A DNA stretch of 64,000 bases from Macrostomum lignano (taxonomy: Eukaryota). The notes below the pieces were generated by a model, which saw only the letters and a program-made list of their open reading frames with translations, ran no database searches and was not told where the DNA came from. Location: contig NIVC01000551.1 of assembly GCA_002269645.1 (NCBI GenBank), forward strand, positions 1 through 64,000, written 5' to 3'. Shown piece by piece: positions 36,089 to 55,432 of the stretch. The translations under genes were made by a program, and so were the position numbers. Within the stretch, counting starts at the first letter, position 1. Every line of letters starts with the position of its first letter.

Positions 36089-38951
36089 CCAAAGTGTTCA
36101 AAAGCTTGCTCCTTTCAGCGAGATTTATTATGTCAGTAAGAACTAATCTTATAGAAATGTTGGTAATTAGTGTGAAAATTAAACCTTTTTAATAAGTTTC
36201 GGCGAAAAAAAACTCTAGCTGTTAAATGCTTGATTTAGCATGTTTTGACGTAGTTTCCTGTCTATTATCGAGCATAGTTGTAGTATTATCGAGAAAGCGG
36301 CTTTTACACCAGTATATGTCAGATAGTAGTATAACTATGCCACTCGAAATTAAAGTTATAAAAAAGCACAGCGTCTACTCTTTTCTAGTAGTTTTTTGCG
36401 CAGTGTCACCTAAATTTAATGTGGCAGCTAAAATTCTTCCACACTTGTACACGTACTTTTTGTTTCATGCTTACCCATGGAAATTATTTAAGTTTTCTAA
36501 AATAGATTAGTGCAGCAATATCGTCACAGATTGTCAGCCCCTATAGAAGCTAACAGATAAGAGCAATAGCACCGCAGCTCTCATCTTGAGCGAGCCATTC
36601 TTCTTCTCAGACAAACTGCCCCGTCCAAGCATAATCCAGCAGCGGTGGCTGATCTTGTGCGAGATGCAGGAACCTGATGGAGTCGCCCTCGGCAGCCAGC
36701 AACAGGTTTGATGCTCTCGGCGTAGTGCTGCAGTTGGCGAACCAGATTTCCTTGCGACTTGGCCTGATCGTCCTCTGCGCATGCGTTTAGTACGCTCTCG
36801 GCTTTTGACTCGAAATCGCTGCGGGAATCGGGGGGGGGGGATGGTAGTCAGCTTGTTGATTGTCGTCAAGGGGCTTTCTGCACTGTAGAAAAGCCACTAG
36901 GTGCTGGCGCCCCCTGCTTCTACGAGTCTACGGGCATTGCGGCGCTGCTCCTTCGTGTTACAAGGAATTACATGTATTGTACTTCTACCGGCGGTCTTGT
37001 GCCAAGTGCACTGGAGGACATGGCGCGACACAGAACGCTGGCTTCTGCAGCATTTCGGTTCGGTACATCTGTATGAGAACTGTCAGTGTCCCGCACTTCC
37101 ATACCGACTGATGGGTACATTTATTGGTTTAATTATTCCAAGCTGCTGATCGAGTCAGTCCTGAGTCTTTTTACAACGTTCAAAGGTGACCCTGACCAAC
37201 CATGCAGAATTGCTATGCATGCTGGACTGCAATATGCTGCCTTCTGCGTGTCCACTACTGACTCGCTTCCTCTTCCAACATCACCTACGAGGAGCTGTAT
37301 CGCCGGGCCCAGCTCCACCTAAAATCTGCCCACTGCGCGCGCACCCGTTACTGTCAATCTGTTTCTGGCTAAAGCCGAAAATCTCTGATTTTCCTTGGAT
37401 ATTATTTTTACACAATTAGCGTTTTTAGAGCGTATTTTAGTGTTTTTGAACTTAATGTCCAACCGGCAGCCTATCATAAAAAACGGGTGCTGGTCTGTTA
37501 ACTAAAACAATCTTAGAAGTAAGTCAAAACTTATTTCCTTTGAGAAGTTGAACATGCTTACATTTTTCTTTAAATAGCAGTACGCTCAAAAATGTTTGTT
37601 AAAATAACTTGATTTACAACACATGCTTGCAAGTTGTTCTAGTCCGAATATTTTGTGTTTTAAACGAACTTAACGTTGACTGGCTTCAAGTCCCCGTTGT
37701 TGTCACAACCAGCGGTCCAGCGCAGGCAGCGCTTGGCGTATGTGCCACTGCCAGTGGTGGCGGCGTGTGGCGTCTCGCATGTCTTGGATTCAGACCAGAC
37801 TCTATTTAATGTTCATACTCATATATATATTGTCTTTTTGTATGCTTCCAAATTTGATCTATAGGTTACTACAGTACAGTACAGCTACTACAGCTGTATA
37901 GACATTTTAAAAAGGCCTTATATAGTGCTATACAATGTAGGCAATCTACAATGAATAAACAGTTGTCATTTGTCAATGTATGCATAAATTGAGAATATTT
38001 TTGTCTTTTTCACATTTGAATCAAAGCCCATTTTTTCATAGATTAAAAATAAAATAGAGAAAACTTGTGTTTTGTATCTATATAGGCTAAAAAAGGCCTA
38101 TAGGCCTAATTGTAATTAAATTCAAAATTTATTCAAAACACTGTATAATTATGCTAGAAAACTGTTAGAAATTTTTGTTCTAGGGGCCTATTGCATTTGC
38201 AATAGATAGCCTATCTAAGATAGGCCTAGGCTACTAAAATAGACATTTAAATTTTCATGTCTTCTAAATTATCAACCATTTTTTAATCTCAAAACTGAAA
38301 ATTAATATCAAGATAGTCAAGTCAAGATATATTAATTTTTTAAGTAGGCATATTTATTATAAGCAATTAGGCCCTAGTCTCCTAAGATAGGCCCTATTCA
38401 AACAAATACTATAATATATTATATTATATGCAGCAATTTTTAACTTACATTATATGTGCATAACTACAAAGTTGCCAACTGTCTTCCATTGCTACCAAAA
38501 ATATTGTTGACTATTATGCAATATAATCATATTTCAATCAAAATGTGATAACTACTTAATTTTTAATAAAGCAATTCATTAACTTTCTAAGCCAACAATG
38601 CAAACCGATGTATTCATATCTGTAAAGATTCCCATTATCTACCTTTATTCACATATTCAAGTGTAGACTTTAATTCTTTTCTCATTATTCAATAATTAGC
38701 CTTCTATCTTACAACTGACTAATATACCTTAGCCCTTAGCCCCAATTATTTCTTTCCCAATGCCCAATGAATATTGAGGCCTTATTTTTACATTTCTTCA
38801 TTCCCATATAAAGACATCCAATAGAGGCAGTTTTCAGTATAGGTATAAATACTAAGTACCCACAAAATTTCTAAAGTTGCATCTCAAGAATAATTTTTCA
38901 ACTCCCCCAAGGTACAAAATAAAAAGATTCTATGATCATATGCATCTTTAA

Positions 38952-44780
<5,829 letters not shown>

Positions 44781-45329
44781 ATGAATGTTTTATACAGACT
44801 CATGTTTTAAACTTATTTTTTTCATATTTTATTAGCTCCGCAGTCAAACTAATTTTGTTGATATTCATTTTGTTTTAAAATCATAAAAACAACATGAAAC
44901 GCATTTAAGATAATTTGTTATTATCATATTTATACGTACGAATATAAGTTTCTAATTGCATTAGGTTAGCAATAATTGCCAAATTAATATTAATAATTTC
45001 ATTATGCACATTTGTTCTGTCTAATTAACTGTTCCAGTCGCATTTCTGTCGGGCTCGAACTGAAGAACACAAAGGTGCAATTTCAAGTTTTAGAATTTTA
45101 ACTGTTTGCTTACTTATTTTCTATAAGTTTATAACTATATTTATGCAAGTAAGTGGCATTTGTTATACTAGTTCGCCTGCTGAGGTATAAATATACGTAC
45201 CGGTGTACTTTTCAATCGTTTGTACTGTTGTAAATGCAGGCGGTGCTTGCAGTTTCCATTTTTGCTTTAAATTTAAAATTATACTAGGTTGTACTGCACA
45301 GTCAACGAATCCTCATTGACTTTGAGATT

Positions 45330-46150
45330 CTATGAAACTCCGAAATCCCCAAAGCTACAAAATCTCCAAAAAGCTAAGAAATCCCCAAAAAGCTACAAAA
45401 ATCCCCAAAAAGCTAAGAAATCCCCAAAAAGCTACATAAATCCCCAAAAAGCTAAGAAATCCCCAAAAAGCTACAAAAATCCAAAAAGCTACAAAATCCC
45501 CAAAAAGCTACAAATTTCCCAAAAAGTTACGAATTCCCCAGAAAGCTACAAATTTCCCAAAAAGCTACAAAATCCCCAAAAAGCTACAAATTTCCCAAAA
45601 AGTTACGAATTCCCCAAAAAGCTACAAATTTCCCAAAAAGCTACAAAATCCCCAGAGCTACAAAATCCCCAAAAAGCTACGAAATCCCCAAAGCTACAAA
45701 TTTCCCAAAAAGCTACAAATTCCCCAAAAAGCTACAAATTCCCCAAAAAGCTACAAAATCCCCAAAAGCTACAAATTTCCCAAAAAAGCTACAAATTCCC
45801 CAAAAAGCTACAAATTCCCCAAAAAGCTACAAAATCCCCAAAAGCTACAAATTTCCCAAAAAGCTACAAATTTCCTAAAAAGCTACGAAATTCCCAAAAA
45901 GCTACGAATTTCCCAAAAAGCTACAAATTTCCTAAAAAGCTACAAAATTCCCAAAAAGCTACGAAATCCCCAAAAAGCTACAAATTTCCCAAAAAGCTAC
46001 AAATTTCCCAAAAAGCTACAAAATCCCCAAAAAGCTACAAATTTCCCAAAAAAGCTACAAATTTCCTAAAAAGCTACGAAATCCCCAAAAAGCTACGAAA
46101 TCCCCAAAAAGCTACGAAATCCCCAAAAAGCTACAAATCCCCAGAGCTGC
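45330..46150. repeat. 18-19-bp intergenic minisatellite
   Basis: AAATCCCCAAAAAGCTAC variants; the 315-aa K/P/S/Q ORF is a by-product. Confidence 0.92.
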
Positions 46151-46375
46151 AAATTCGCCAAATCGACGAAATCCCCCGAAAGTATAAGATGAAAATTCCA
46201 CGACTAACAAAGCCAATAAATTTCCAAATCTCATAGACTCAGGAATCGCTCCTAAAAAAGAATTCGAAAGCCAAGCCTGACTGCATTGTCAACTGACTGT
46301 GTCGGAAACGGAAAGCCGAAAGCAACTGAAAATCTTGTCTGCAAATGTCTGCTGTATTTAATTTTCCACTGACTT

Positions 46376-47149
46376 CTATTCGTCGTCGAACGCCTTCTGC
46401 ACCAGCTCGCTGATGGTGGTCATGGTGAGGTGGCCGAAGGTCCTGGCCACTTTGCCGGAGTCGCAGTCGCCGCCAACCACGTGCACCAGACGGACTCGAA
46501 GCGTGACTGGCACCATGGGGTCCTCCTCCAGGATGTTGCTGCGCATCTGGCTGGTCAGGTCGATCCTGCCGGTGAACACGTCCAGCCGCGTGGCTCCGCC
46601 CTTGCCTTGGCTTGTCAGTTTCACCTCGACGTAGACGGACTCGCCAAGTTTATCCTGAATATCCGAGAGGCTGCGCAGAATTTCGGTGTGCACCGGCTCG
46701 CAGGTCAGCTGGATCAGCGCCTTCTGCCTGCCGCTCGGATCGTTGGACGATTTGGCTTCGAACTGCAGGCTCTTGAGCGTGAATGCAACGTTGGCGTAGA
46801 TTCTCAGACTGGGCACTGTGAACAGCAGTTCTCTTAGCGACTTTGCCGACGGGCCCATCGAGATGCGGCCGGTTAGTCCGAATCCGGCTCGCCGGCTGAG
46901 ACTTCGGCAAGAGGAGTTTTCTAGCTGGATATCCGCGGGTCAGCAGCTACTTCGCTGGCTTCATCGCTCATGGCATTCTGGTAGCAAGTCGCTTGAGTTA
47001 ACTCGGCTATCCATGGCTCACTTATATAGCTACCCAATGTAATTGTCTTGACATCTGCATATACCAGCCACTGCTAATGCCACAGACAATTCTGCAAATC
47101 TGATCGACCAAGTTGTTGCAGCAGCATCCTTGTCCATCTTTATTGCCAT
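46376..47149 (-). pseudogene. Intronless putative secreted protein (~250 aa) with two single-base frameshifts; fold unknown
   Basis: The 160-aa ORF 46376-46858 extends upstream to an ATG and hydrophobic leader (FAELSVALAVAGICRC) if one base is removed at the C run 47033-47035 and one added at the G run 46937-46939. Confidence 0.5.
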
Positions 47150-47169
47150 AAAACAAAATATCGGTTTTT

Positions 47170-47620
47170 CTATGACGCCAAATTCCGCGTTTAAAAAGCG
47201 CCTAATATGAGTTTTAAAATGGCGCCAAATTCTGCGTTTAAAAAGCGCCTAATATCAAGTTAAAAATAGCGCCAAATTCCGCGTTCCACTTTTGATAAAA
47301 GCGCCTAATATCAAGTTTAAAATGGTGGCAAATTTTGATTCCAAAAATCGCCAAATAATAAATCGAAAGTGGCGCCAAAATCCTTGTTTAAAAAGCGCCA
47401 AATATTAAGTCTAAAAAGGCGCCGAATTCCGTGTTAAAAAAGCGCCTAATATCAAGTTTGAAATAGCGCTAAATTTTTAGTCCATAAAGCGCAAATAATA
47501 TGTCGAAAGTGGCGCCGAATTCCTTGTTTTAAAAGCGCCAAATATTAAGTCTAAAATAGCGCCAAACTCCGTGTTAAAAAAGCGCGAATTCTGAGTTAAA
47601 AACGGCGCCAAATTCTGATC
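47170..47620. repeat. Degenerate ~46-bp tandem repeat
   Basis: GCGCCAAATTCCGCGTTTAAAAAGCGCCTAATATCAAG-like units. Confidence 0.8.
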
Positions 47621-48177
47621 ATATATTTTCAGTTGTTGGTCACATCAACTAGATACGCCATACCCAGTGACAAAACGCAAAGTGCAGAATTAAACAAAAC
47701 GGCTTTCTCCTCATGAAATAAAAAAATGTTTTCTTGGAATACAAGAGTACGCGGCGCACTTTTACTATATACTAACACAATGCCAAGTCTGTAATGAACT
47801 ATAATATTACTATAATACTAAATGTATTCCACTGGAAATAAATTATTGCGTTATAATTACCGACACTGAAAGTCAAGCGTCAAGATGGCCGGCAAGTAGT
47901 CAACAGAAATAGTAGGTTTTGTGGAGGCAGTTCCGTCATAAGACTGATTGAATGGAATACCCATCTTCAGGGAGAATTGCAGATTAAGCCGACTGAAGGT
48001 TCAGGGGTATTTCGAGTTTGATCCGACTGAAGGTTCTGGGCCAGGGGTATTTCGATTTTAGCCTGTTAAAGGTTCAGGGGTATTTTGAGTTTCTGAAGGC
48101 TACTGAAGTCTCAGGGGTAATCTTGGTAGTTAGGATACCCCTACAAAAGGCTCATCGATCATCATGAAGGAGAAGTG

Positions 48178-50286
48178 TCAGATCACACGCTGCCTATCTC
48201 GAAGTCTATTAGCAATTCTGCTAACCAGACTCTCTTGAGCTCCTCTGTCATCGGTGACGCCGCTGCCACCGCCACAGCCGCCTCTGTTGCCGCCGTCCTC
48301 ATTTTGCTGCTGATTGAGTCGCCCGGCGATGTCGGCTAAAGCGGCGTCGAATTTCTTAGCATCGACCAGCTGATCGGCGGAAATGTCCAGTCGTTGTTTC
48401 AGCACGTCTAGCAGAGCAGCTTGATTCTCTTGACGCTGCCGCGTGGTCTGGAAGTCTGCTTGGAGGGCTTCAATGCGAGACAGTGCCGCGGAGCAGACGT
48501 CCTTGATGGCGATGCTGGTGGCCGAGTGCTGTTGTTGACCACGTGGTGAGTTCGACCTGCGGCTGATTAACGTGTTATATTTCAACTTTCACATATTTAG
48601 TGACTAACAGGTGATTCTATTAGGTGTCTAACAGGTGATACTATTAGGTGTCTAACAGGTGATTCTATTAGGTGTCTAACAGGTGATTCTATTAGGTGAC
48701 TAACAGGTGATTCTATTAGGTGTCTAACAGGTGATTCTATTAGGTGACTAACAGGTGATTCTATTAGGTGTCTAACAGGTGATACTATTAGGTGTCTAAC
48801 AGGTGATTCTATTAGGTGTCTAACAGTTGATACTATTAGGTGACTAACAGGGGATTCTATTAGGTGTCTAACAGGTGATTCTATTAGGTGACTAACAGGT
48901 GATTTTATTAGGTGTCTAACAGGTGATACTATTAGGTGTCTAACAGGTGATACTATTAGGTGTCTAACAGGTGATTCTATTAGGTGTCTAACAGGTGATA
49001 CTATTAGGTGACTAACAGGGGATTCTATTAGGTGTCTAACAGGTGATTCTATTAGGTGTCTAACAGGTAGGTGTCTAACAGGGGATTCCGAACAAGCTGA
49101 CTGCAACACAGCGGACACCCAAGACAGGTGCTCAGCGTACCTGCCAGCCGTATCAGCCGTCTGCCCTGGTGTCTTCAACAAGCCCAAGCTCTTGGCTAAG
49201 CGATCCACCGAATCTCCGTATTGCTGCTCCTGCTCCTGCTCTTGCTGTTGCTTTTGCTGTTGCTGCTGCTTTTGCTGTTGCTTCTGCTGTTGCTGGAGCC
49301 CAAGACCGGCGGTAGCGGTTGGCCACCTGGGTCCCGGGACTCGTCGTTGAGCCTGACGAAATTCACGAGTCATTCGCTCCCGTTCTCTGGCCTGCCTGTC
49401 CAGCTCGGCCTGAATTTATTTACAATTTAAAAAACAACGCATCGATCAGCTACTGACGAGTAACAATAAAAGAGAATGAATACTATTTTTGCGATGCACA
49501 GTGAAAATTAAAAATTTAGCAATAATTTTTCTTCTAAATTAACTATAACGAGATTTGAAAAGTAAAGGCCTCAAAGCTCAATCTATCTAGAAAAAACGCG
49601 ACCTTTGTTAATACTAATTAACCCAATGACGACTTACACTGTAAGTAGAAGGACGGGAAACCTCGTTTCTTAGAAAAAAATTGAAGGCAGGCTTTTTTGT
49701 AAAAATACACTACGGAGATAGGAAGTTTTCATTTTTTCAGCACAAAAATTGCTATTGCTTTTGATAGGAGCCAGATCCAGTGTTTATCTTTTGATATGCT
49801 GTGCCTTTCTTATTGATCTATCGATATTTATAAAACTTTTCGTTCAAAGAGTTAGGATTCTATGTTAATTTTTTATTCTACGTACATTTGCACGTATCTG
49901 AAAACCATTGAAATGGCACGGCTTTAAACGAAAAGCTTTATAAAATATCGATAGATCAATAAGAAAGACACAACATATCAAAAGATGAACACTGGATCTG
50001 CCCCCTTATCAAAAGCAATAACAATTTTTGTGCTGAAAAGATTTGAAAACTTCCTATCTCCGTAGTGTATGTTTTCGGAAAAGCCTGCGTTCAAACACTT
50101 TCTAAGAAACGAGATTTTCCCTTCCACTTAAGTCGTCCTTGAATTTACCCTGACCAATAAAAATTATCGGCCTAAATTTATTTTCTCACCTTGTGCTGCT
50201 GCTCACTTCGACTCAGTTGCAATTTTAGCCGGCGAATTTCTGCTTCCAGCTGATTGGCGTTCTGCACCAGGGACGATGGGATTGGT

Positions 50287-50319
<33 letters not shown>

Positions 50320-53300
50320 CAGAAGGCGCTCGACCGCCTTCGGCAGGAGAGGCTGCGCTGATGCGAGTCCCGTAGCGACTGTCGAGCGACGGCCCCGTCT
50401 GTCGTGGTTGCCAGCGCCGTGAGTGTCAGCTCTGCGGGGCAGGCCGGGATGCCTCATTGCGGAGGGCAGCGCGCCTTTGGGGGTGTCAGCGCCATTTCAT
50501 TTGATTGTGGCCGCCACCATTTCATAATTGATTGTGGCCGCCATTTCATTTGATTGTGGCAGCCATTGTGGGGAGGTGGGCTGTGGGGTGGTGGTGCTGT
50601 GGGGAGGTGGGGGCTGTGTGGAGATGGGCTGTAGGGTGGTGGTGCTGTGGGGAGGTGGGGCTGTGTGGAGATGGGCTGTGGGGTGGTGGTGCTGTAGGGA
50701 GGTTGGGCTGTGGGGAGGAGGGGGCTGTGGGGAGGTAGGGCTGTGGGGAGGTGGGGGCTGTGGGGAGGAGGGGGCTGTGGGGAGGTGGGGGCTGTGGGGA
50801 GGTAGGGCTGTGGGGAGGTGAGGGCTGTGGGGAGGAGGGGGCTGTGGGGAGGTGGGGGCTGTGTGGAGGAGGGGCTGTGGGGAGTTAAGATAACTTATGC
50901 GAGCAGGCCAGAAAGCCAGGTGGTCCCCCAATCGGCACCCCTCACCACTGCTGACCATCGATGTCGTTCGAGCCCCGATTGTGCCGATTATACTCGTTGC
51001 CATGGAGACCGCTGTCGACCTCTGTCACCGACTTAGGCCGCTGCTGCTGCTGCTGCTGCTGCTCCACAATAGCAGCTGCAGACGCCCTCAGAGCTTGCAG
51101 CTCAATATTCTGCTTGTCCGCTTCTAAAAGACGCTGAGTCGCCGCTTCAACGAATTGTGGCCAACGAGTGGCAAAGTAAAGAGACAGCTGTTGCTGCGGC
51201 TGCTGAACTGGGCGAACCGGCTGAGCAGCGCTGCGTTGGAGAGATTGGGACCCACAGATGCTTTTTGAAATCTCTCCTGTGTTCTTGTAATCTGTTCTGT
51301 GATTTTGTAATCTGTTCTGTGTTCTTTTAATCTGTTCTGCGTTCTTGTAATCTGTTCTGCGTTCTTGTAATCTGCTTTGTGTTATTGTAATCTGTTCTGC
51401 GTTCTTGTAATCTGCTTTGTGTTATTGTAATCTGCTCTGTGCTTTTTGTAATCTTCTCTGTAGACACGAGATGCTGACTGTAATCTATAGACACGAGATG
51501 CTGTAATCTATAGACACGAGATGCTGTAATCTATAGACATGAGATAGTGACTGTAATCTATAGACACGAGATGCTGTAATCTATAGACATGAGATGCTGC
51601 AATCTATAGACATGAGATAGTGACTGTAATCTATAGACACGAGATGCTGTAATCTATAGACACGAGATGCTGTAATCTATAGACATGAGATGCTGCAATC
51701 TATAGACATGAGATAGTGACTGTAATCTATAGACACGAGATACTGTAATCTATAGACACGAGATGCTGTAATCTATAGACACGAGATGCTGTAATCTATA
51801 GACACGAGATACTGTAATCTATAGACACGAGATGCTGTAATCTATAGACACGAGATGCTATAATCTATAGACACGAGATAGTGACTGTAATCTATAGACA
51901 CGAGATACTGTAATCTATAGACACGAGATGCTGTAATCTATAGACACGAGATAGTGACTGTAATCTATAGACACGAGATGCTGTAATCTATAGACACGAG
52001 ATACTGTAATCTATAGACACGAGATGCTGTAATCTATAGACACGAGATGCTGTAATCTATAGACACGAGATACTGTAATCTATAGACACGAGATGCTGTA
52101 ATCTATAGACACGAGATAGTGACTGTAATCTATAGACACGAGATGCTGTAATCTATAGACATGAGATGCTGCAATCTATAGACACGAGATGCTGTAATCT
52201 ATAGACACGAGATGCTGTAATCTATAGACACGAGATGCTGTAATCTATAGACACGAGATGCTGTAATCTATAGACACGAGATAGTGACTGTAATCTATAG
52301 ACACGAGATGCTGTAATCTATAGACACGAGATACTGTAATCTATAGACACGAGATGCTGTAATCTATAGACATGAGATAGTGACTGTAATCTATAGACAC
52401 GAGATAGTGACTGTAGTCTATAGACACGAGATGCTGTAATCTATAGACACGAGATACTGTAATCTATAGACACGAGATACTGTAATCTATAGACACGAGG
52501 TACATGTACTGTAATCTATAGACACGAGATGCTGTAATCTATAGACACGAGATGCTGCAATCTATAGACATGAGATAGTGACTGTAATCTATAGACACGA
52601 GATACTGTAATCTATAGACACGAGATACTGTAATCTATAGACACGAGATACTGTAATCTATAGACACGAGATACTGTAATCTATAGACACGAGATGCTGT
52701 AATCTATAGACACGAGATACTGTAATCTATAGACACGAGATGCTGTAAGCTATAGACACGAGATGCTGTAATCTATAGACACGAGATGCTGTAATCTATA
52801 GACACGAGATGCTGTAATCTATAGACACGAGATACTGTAATCTATAGACACGAGATGCTGTAAGCTATAGACACGAGATACTGTAATCTATAGACACGAG
52901 ATACTGTAATCTATAGACACGAGATGCTGTAATCTATAGACACGAGATACTGTAATCTATAGACACGAGATGCTGTAATCTATAGACACGAGATGCTGTA
53001 ATCTATAGACACGAGATGCTGTAATCTATAGACACGAGATGCTGTAATCTATAGACACGAGATACTGTAATCTATAGACACGAGATGCTGTAATCTATAG
53101 ACACGAGATGCTGTAATCTATAGACACGAGATGCTGTAATCTGTAGACACGAGATACTGTAATCTATAGACACGAGATACTGTAATCTATAGACACGAGA
53201 TGCTGTAATCTATAGACACGAGATACTGTAATCTGTAGACACGAGATACTGTAATCTATAGACACGAGATACTGTAATCTGTAGACACGAGATGCTGTAA

Positions 53301-54639
53301 TCTATAGACACGAGATACTGTAATCTGTAGACACGAGATACTGTAATCTATAGACACGAGATACTGTAATCTGTAGACACGAGATGCTGTAATCTATAGA
53401 CACGAGATGCTGTAATCTATAGACACGAGATGCTGTAATCTATAGACACGAGATGCTGTAATCTATAGACACGAGATGCTGTAATCTATAGACACGAGAT
53501 GCTGTAATCTATAGACACGAGATGCTGTAATCTATAGACACGAGATGCTGTAATCTATAGACACGAGATAAATCTGTAGACACGAGAAACTGCAATCATC
53601 CAATTTGAGCAGCTCACCCCTGGACGCGCCCCTCACTGAGACAGTCGGTGGTCTCAATCATGGTCTCAGTGTCGGACCTGACGGTCTCCAGCATCGCCTC
53701 GAAGGCTGCCAGCAGGGAGCCGTCGCCATCCAGCTTTGCCGCTGTCAGCTCGGCTGCCAGCTTGGCGTTGGTGGCGGCGCTCATCAGCTGCAGCTGGCGG
53801 AGGCCCCTGCCGCTGCCCGACTGCGTGCTCGATGAGAACAGATTTATGATCTTGCTCCTCTTCTTCTTTTGGGCCGACTGGCTGAAGTTTTTAAAAATCA
53901 CCGTTTGTTCTTGCGGCTGATTGATTGCTGATCAATCTCTAGAAATCTCACCCCGTGAGAACCCGAGAACCTCTAAAAATCTCACCCCGTGAGAACCCGA
54001 AAATCTCTAGAAATCTCACCCTTTGAGAACCCGAGAACCTTTAGAAATCTCACCCCATGAGAACCCGAGAACCTTTAGAAATCTCACCCCGTGAGAACCC
54101 GAGAACCTCTAGAAATCTCACCCCGTGAGAACCCGAGAATCTTTAGAAATCTCACCCCGTGAGAACCCGAGAATCTCTAGAAATCTCACCCCATGAGAAC
54201 CCGAGAACCTTTAGAAATCTCACCCCGTGAGAACCCGAGAACCTCTAGAAATCTCACCCCATGAGAACCCGAGAATCTCTAGAAATCTCACCTTATGAGA
54301 ACTTGAGATTCTCCAGAAATCTCACCCTTTGAGAAACTGAGAATCTATAAAACTCCCAACCTACCCGGCTCGCTCAGCCTCCAGCAGCTCAGCTGCCTCA
54401 TCCTGAAACTCCTTCGCTTTGACCAGCGTGAGCACAGCCGAACAGTTCTGCATCAGGGCGCACAGACTCACAAAGTCTTTGTTGCCTTTCTTAGTTAAAA
54501 TGGCAGGATAGCCCATCCTGATGAAGTCTTTGTTCACGCTGCGAGAGATCCAGTTGAACACCTCCTGGGTCATGTTGTTGGCCTTGTCTTGATCGGCCGC
54601 GTCATTATTGGCGGTGACTTCTGACAGCTGCGACTTCAT
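48178..54639 (-). CDS. Uncharacterised Gln-rich coiled-coil protein, ~6 exons
   Basis: Exons 54365-54639, 53618-53881, ~50950-51230, 50190-~50430, 49141-49409 and 48178-~48560. Most junctions are phase-consistent (e.g. QLSRSEQQHK|AELDRQARERERM); the exon 3/4 junction is ambiguous. Confidence 0.7.
48600..49080. repeat. 24-bp intronic minisatellite
   Basis: TAGGTGTCTAACAGGTGATTCTAT, about 20 copies (SPVRHLIE repeat ORF). Confidence 0.95.
49624..50141. mobile_element. Foldback MITE with ~220-bp inverted arms in an intron
   Basis: Ends CAATGACGACTTA / TAAGTCGTCCTTG; the arms are reverse complements; flanks AATTAACC / AATTTACC (7/8 match, possible 8-bp TSD). Confidence 0.8.
50490..50885 (+). repeat. 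G-rich intronic repeat
   Basis: Repeated GGGGCTGTGGGGAGG units, preceded by a short ATTTCATTTGATTGTGGCCGCC triplicate. Confidence 0.9.
51285..53585. repeat. Compound intronic array: 20-bp unit followed by 23/29-bp unit (~90 copies)
   Basis: TTCTTGTAATCTGTTCTGCG (51285-51460), then CTGTAATCTATAGACACGAGATG. Confidence 0.96.
53935..54355. repeat. 34-bp intronic minisatellite
   Basis: GAGAACCCGAGAACCTCTAGAAATCTCACCCCGT, about 12 copies. Confidence 0.94.
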
Positions 54640-54899
54640 GACCGACTGATTCGAACTCGGTGGCTTTCTAAACTCTAAATCCGTTGATAAAATATTTGCC
54701 GAGTTTTAATGCCTATTGCTTATGGCTTAAGTTCCTTATTTTATTGTACAAACAGAAAACTCGTCAAACGGCCTTGCAAATCTTTTTGGACCATAGACTA
54801 TAATATGAGGCTGCGGCCATGTGTCAATAGGGTACTGATTTGAAGCTTTTGTAACGTTTTATCTGATTTACCAAAATATACTAGCATACAGCCGCTAAA

Positions 54900-55200
54900 T
54901 CCACACCCCTACTCCTCTGCACCCACCCCTCCTCCTCTGGACCCATCCCTCCTCTTCTGCACCCACCCCTCTTCCTCTACACCCACCCGTCCTCCTCTGC
55001 ACCCACCCCTCCTCTACACCCACTCCTCCTCCTATGCACTCACCCCTCTGCACCAGACACCCACCCCTCCTTCTCTGTATTCACCCCTCCTCTGCACCCA
55101 CCCCTCCTCTGTATCCACCTCTCCTTCCTTGCACCCACCCTCCTCCTCTGCACCCACCCTCCTCCTCTGCACCCACCCCTCCTCCTCTGCCCCTACACAA
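54900..55200. repeat. C-rich intergenic repeat
   Basis: CCTCCTCTGCACCCACC-like units. Confidence 0.85.
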
Positions 55201-55432
55201 TAATTCCTACTGTTAAAGTACACAATCAAAGTTAAGCTTACTTCCGATTGCGTAGAGAACTTAAAACGCTAAACTGCATAAAGCAAAGAAGATCGAGTTT
55301 CACATGTAATTCTTGTTTAAAAAATCAGTTATGCAAGTTTTAAACAATGAATGCACACCTACTCAAAAAGATATGTTGTTGAAAAAGTTACAAGTCACTA
55401 GGTTAAAACAAAGACTGTTTCCACACAGTCCT

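Noticed and set aside
37690-37800. GSGTYAK and DLKPVN kinase-like words on the - strand
   Set aside because: They are about 15 residues apart, far too close for a kinase fold; likely chance.
45289-46236. 315-aa Lys/Pro/Ser-rich ORF
   Set aside because: Translation of an 18-19-bp minisatellite. The ORFs at 576-1371, 11281-11878, 15612-15993, 27362-28014, 48597-49080 and 63165-63757 are rejected for the same reason.
53880-53915. Short terminal exon (GRKNKR-stop) splitting the coiled-coil gene in two
   Set aside because: The acceptor at 53882-53883 gives an in-phase continuation, so a single gene is more parsimonious.
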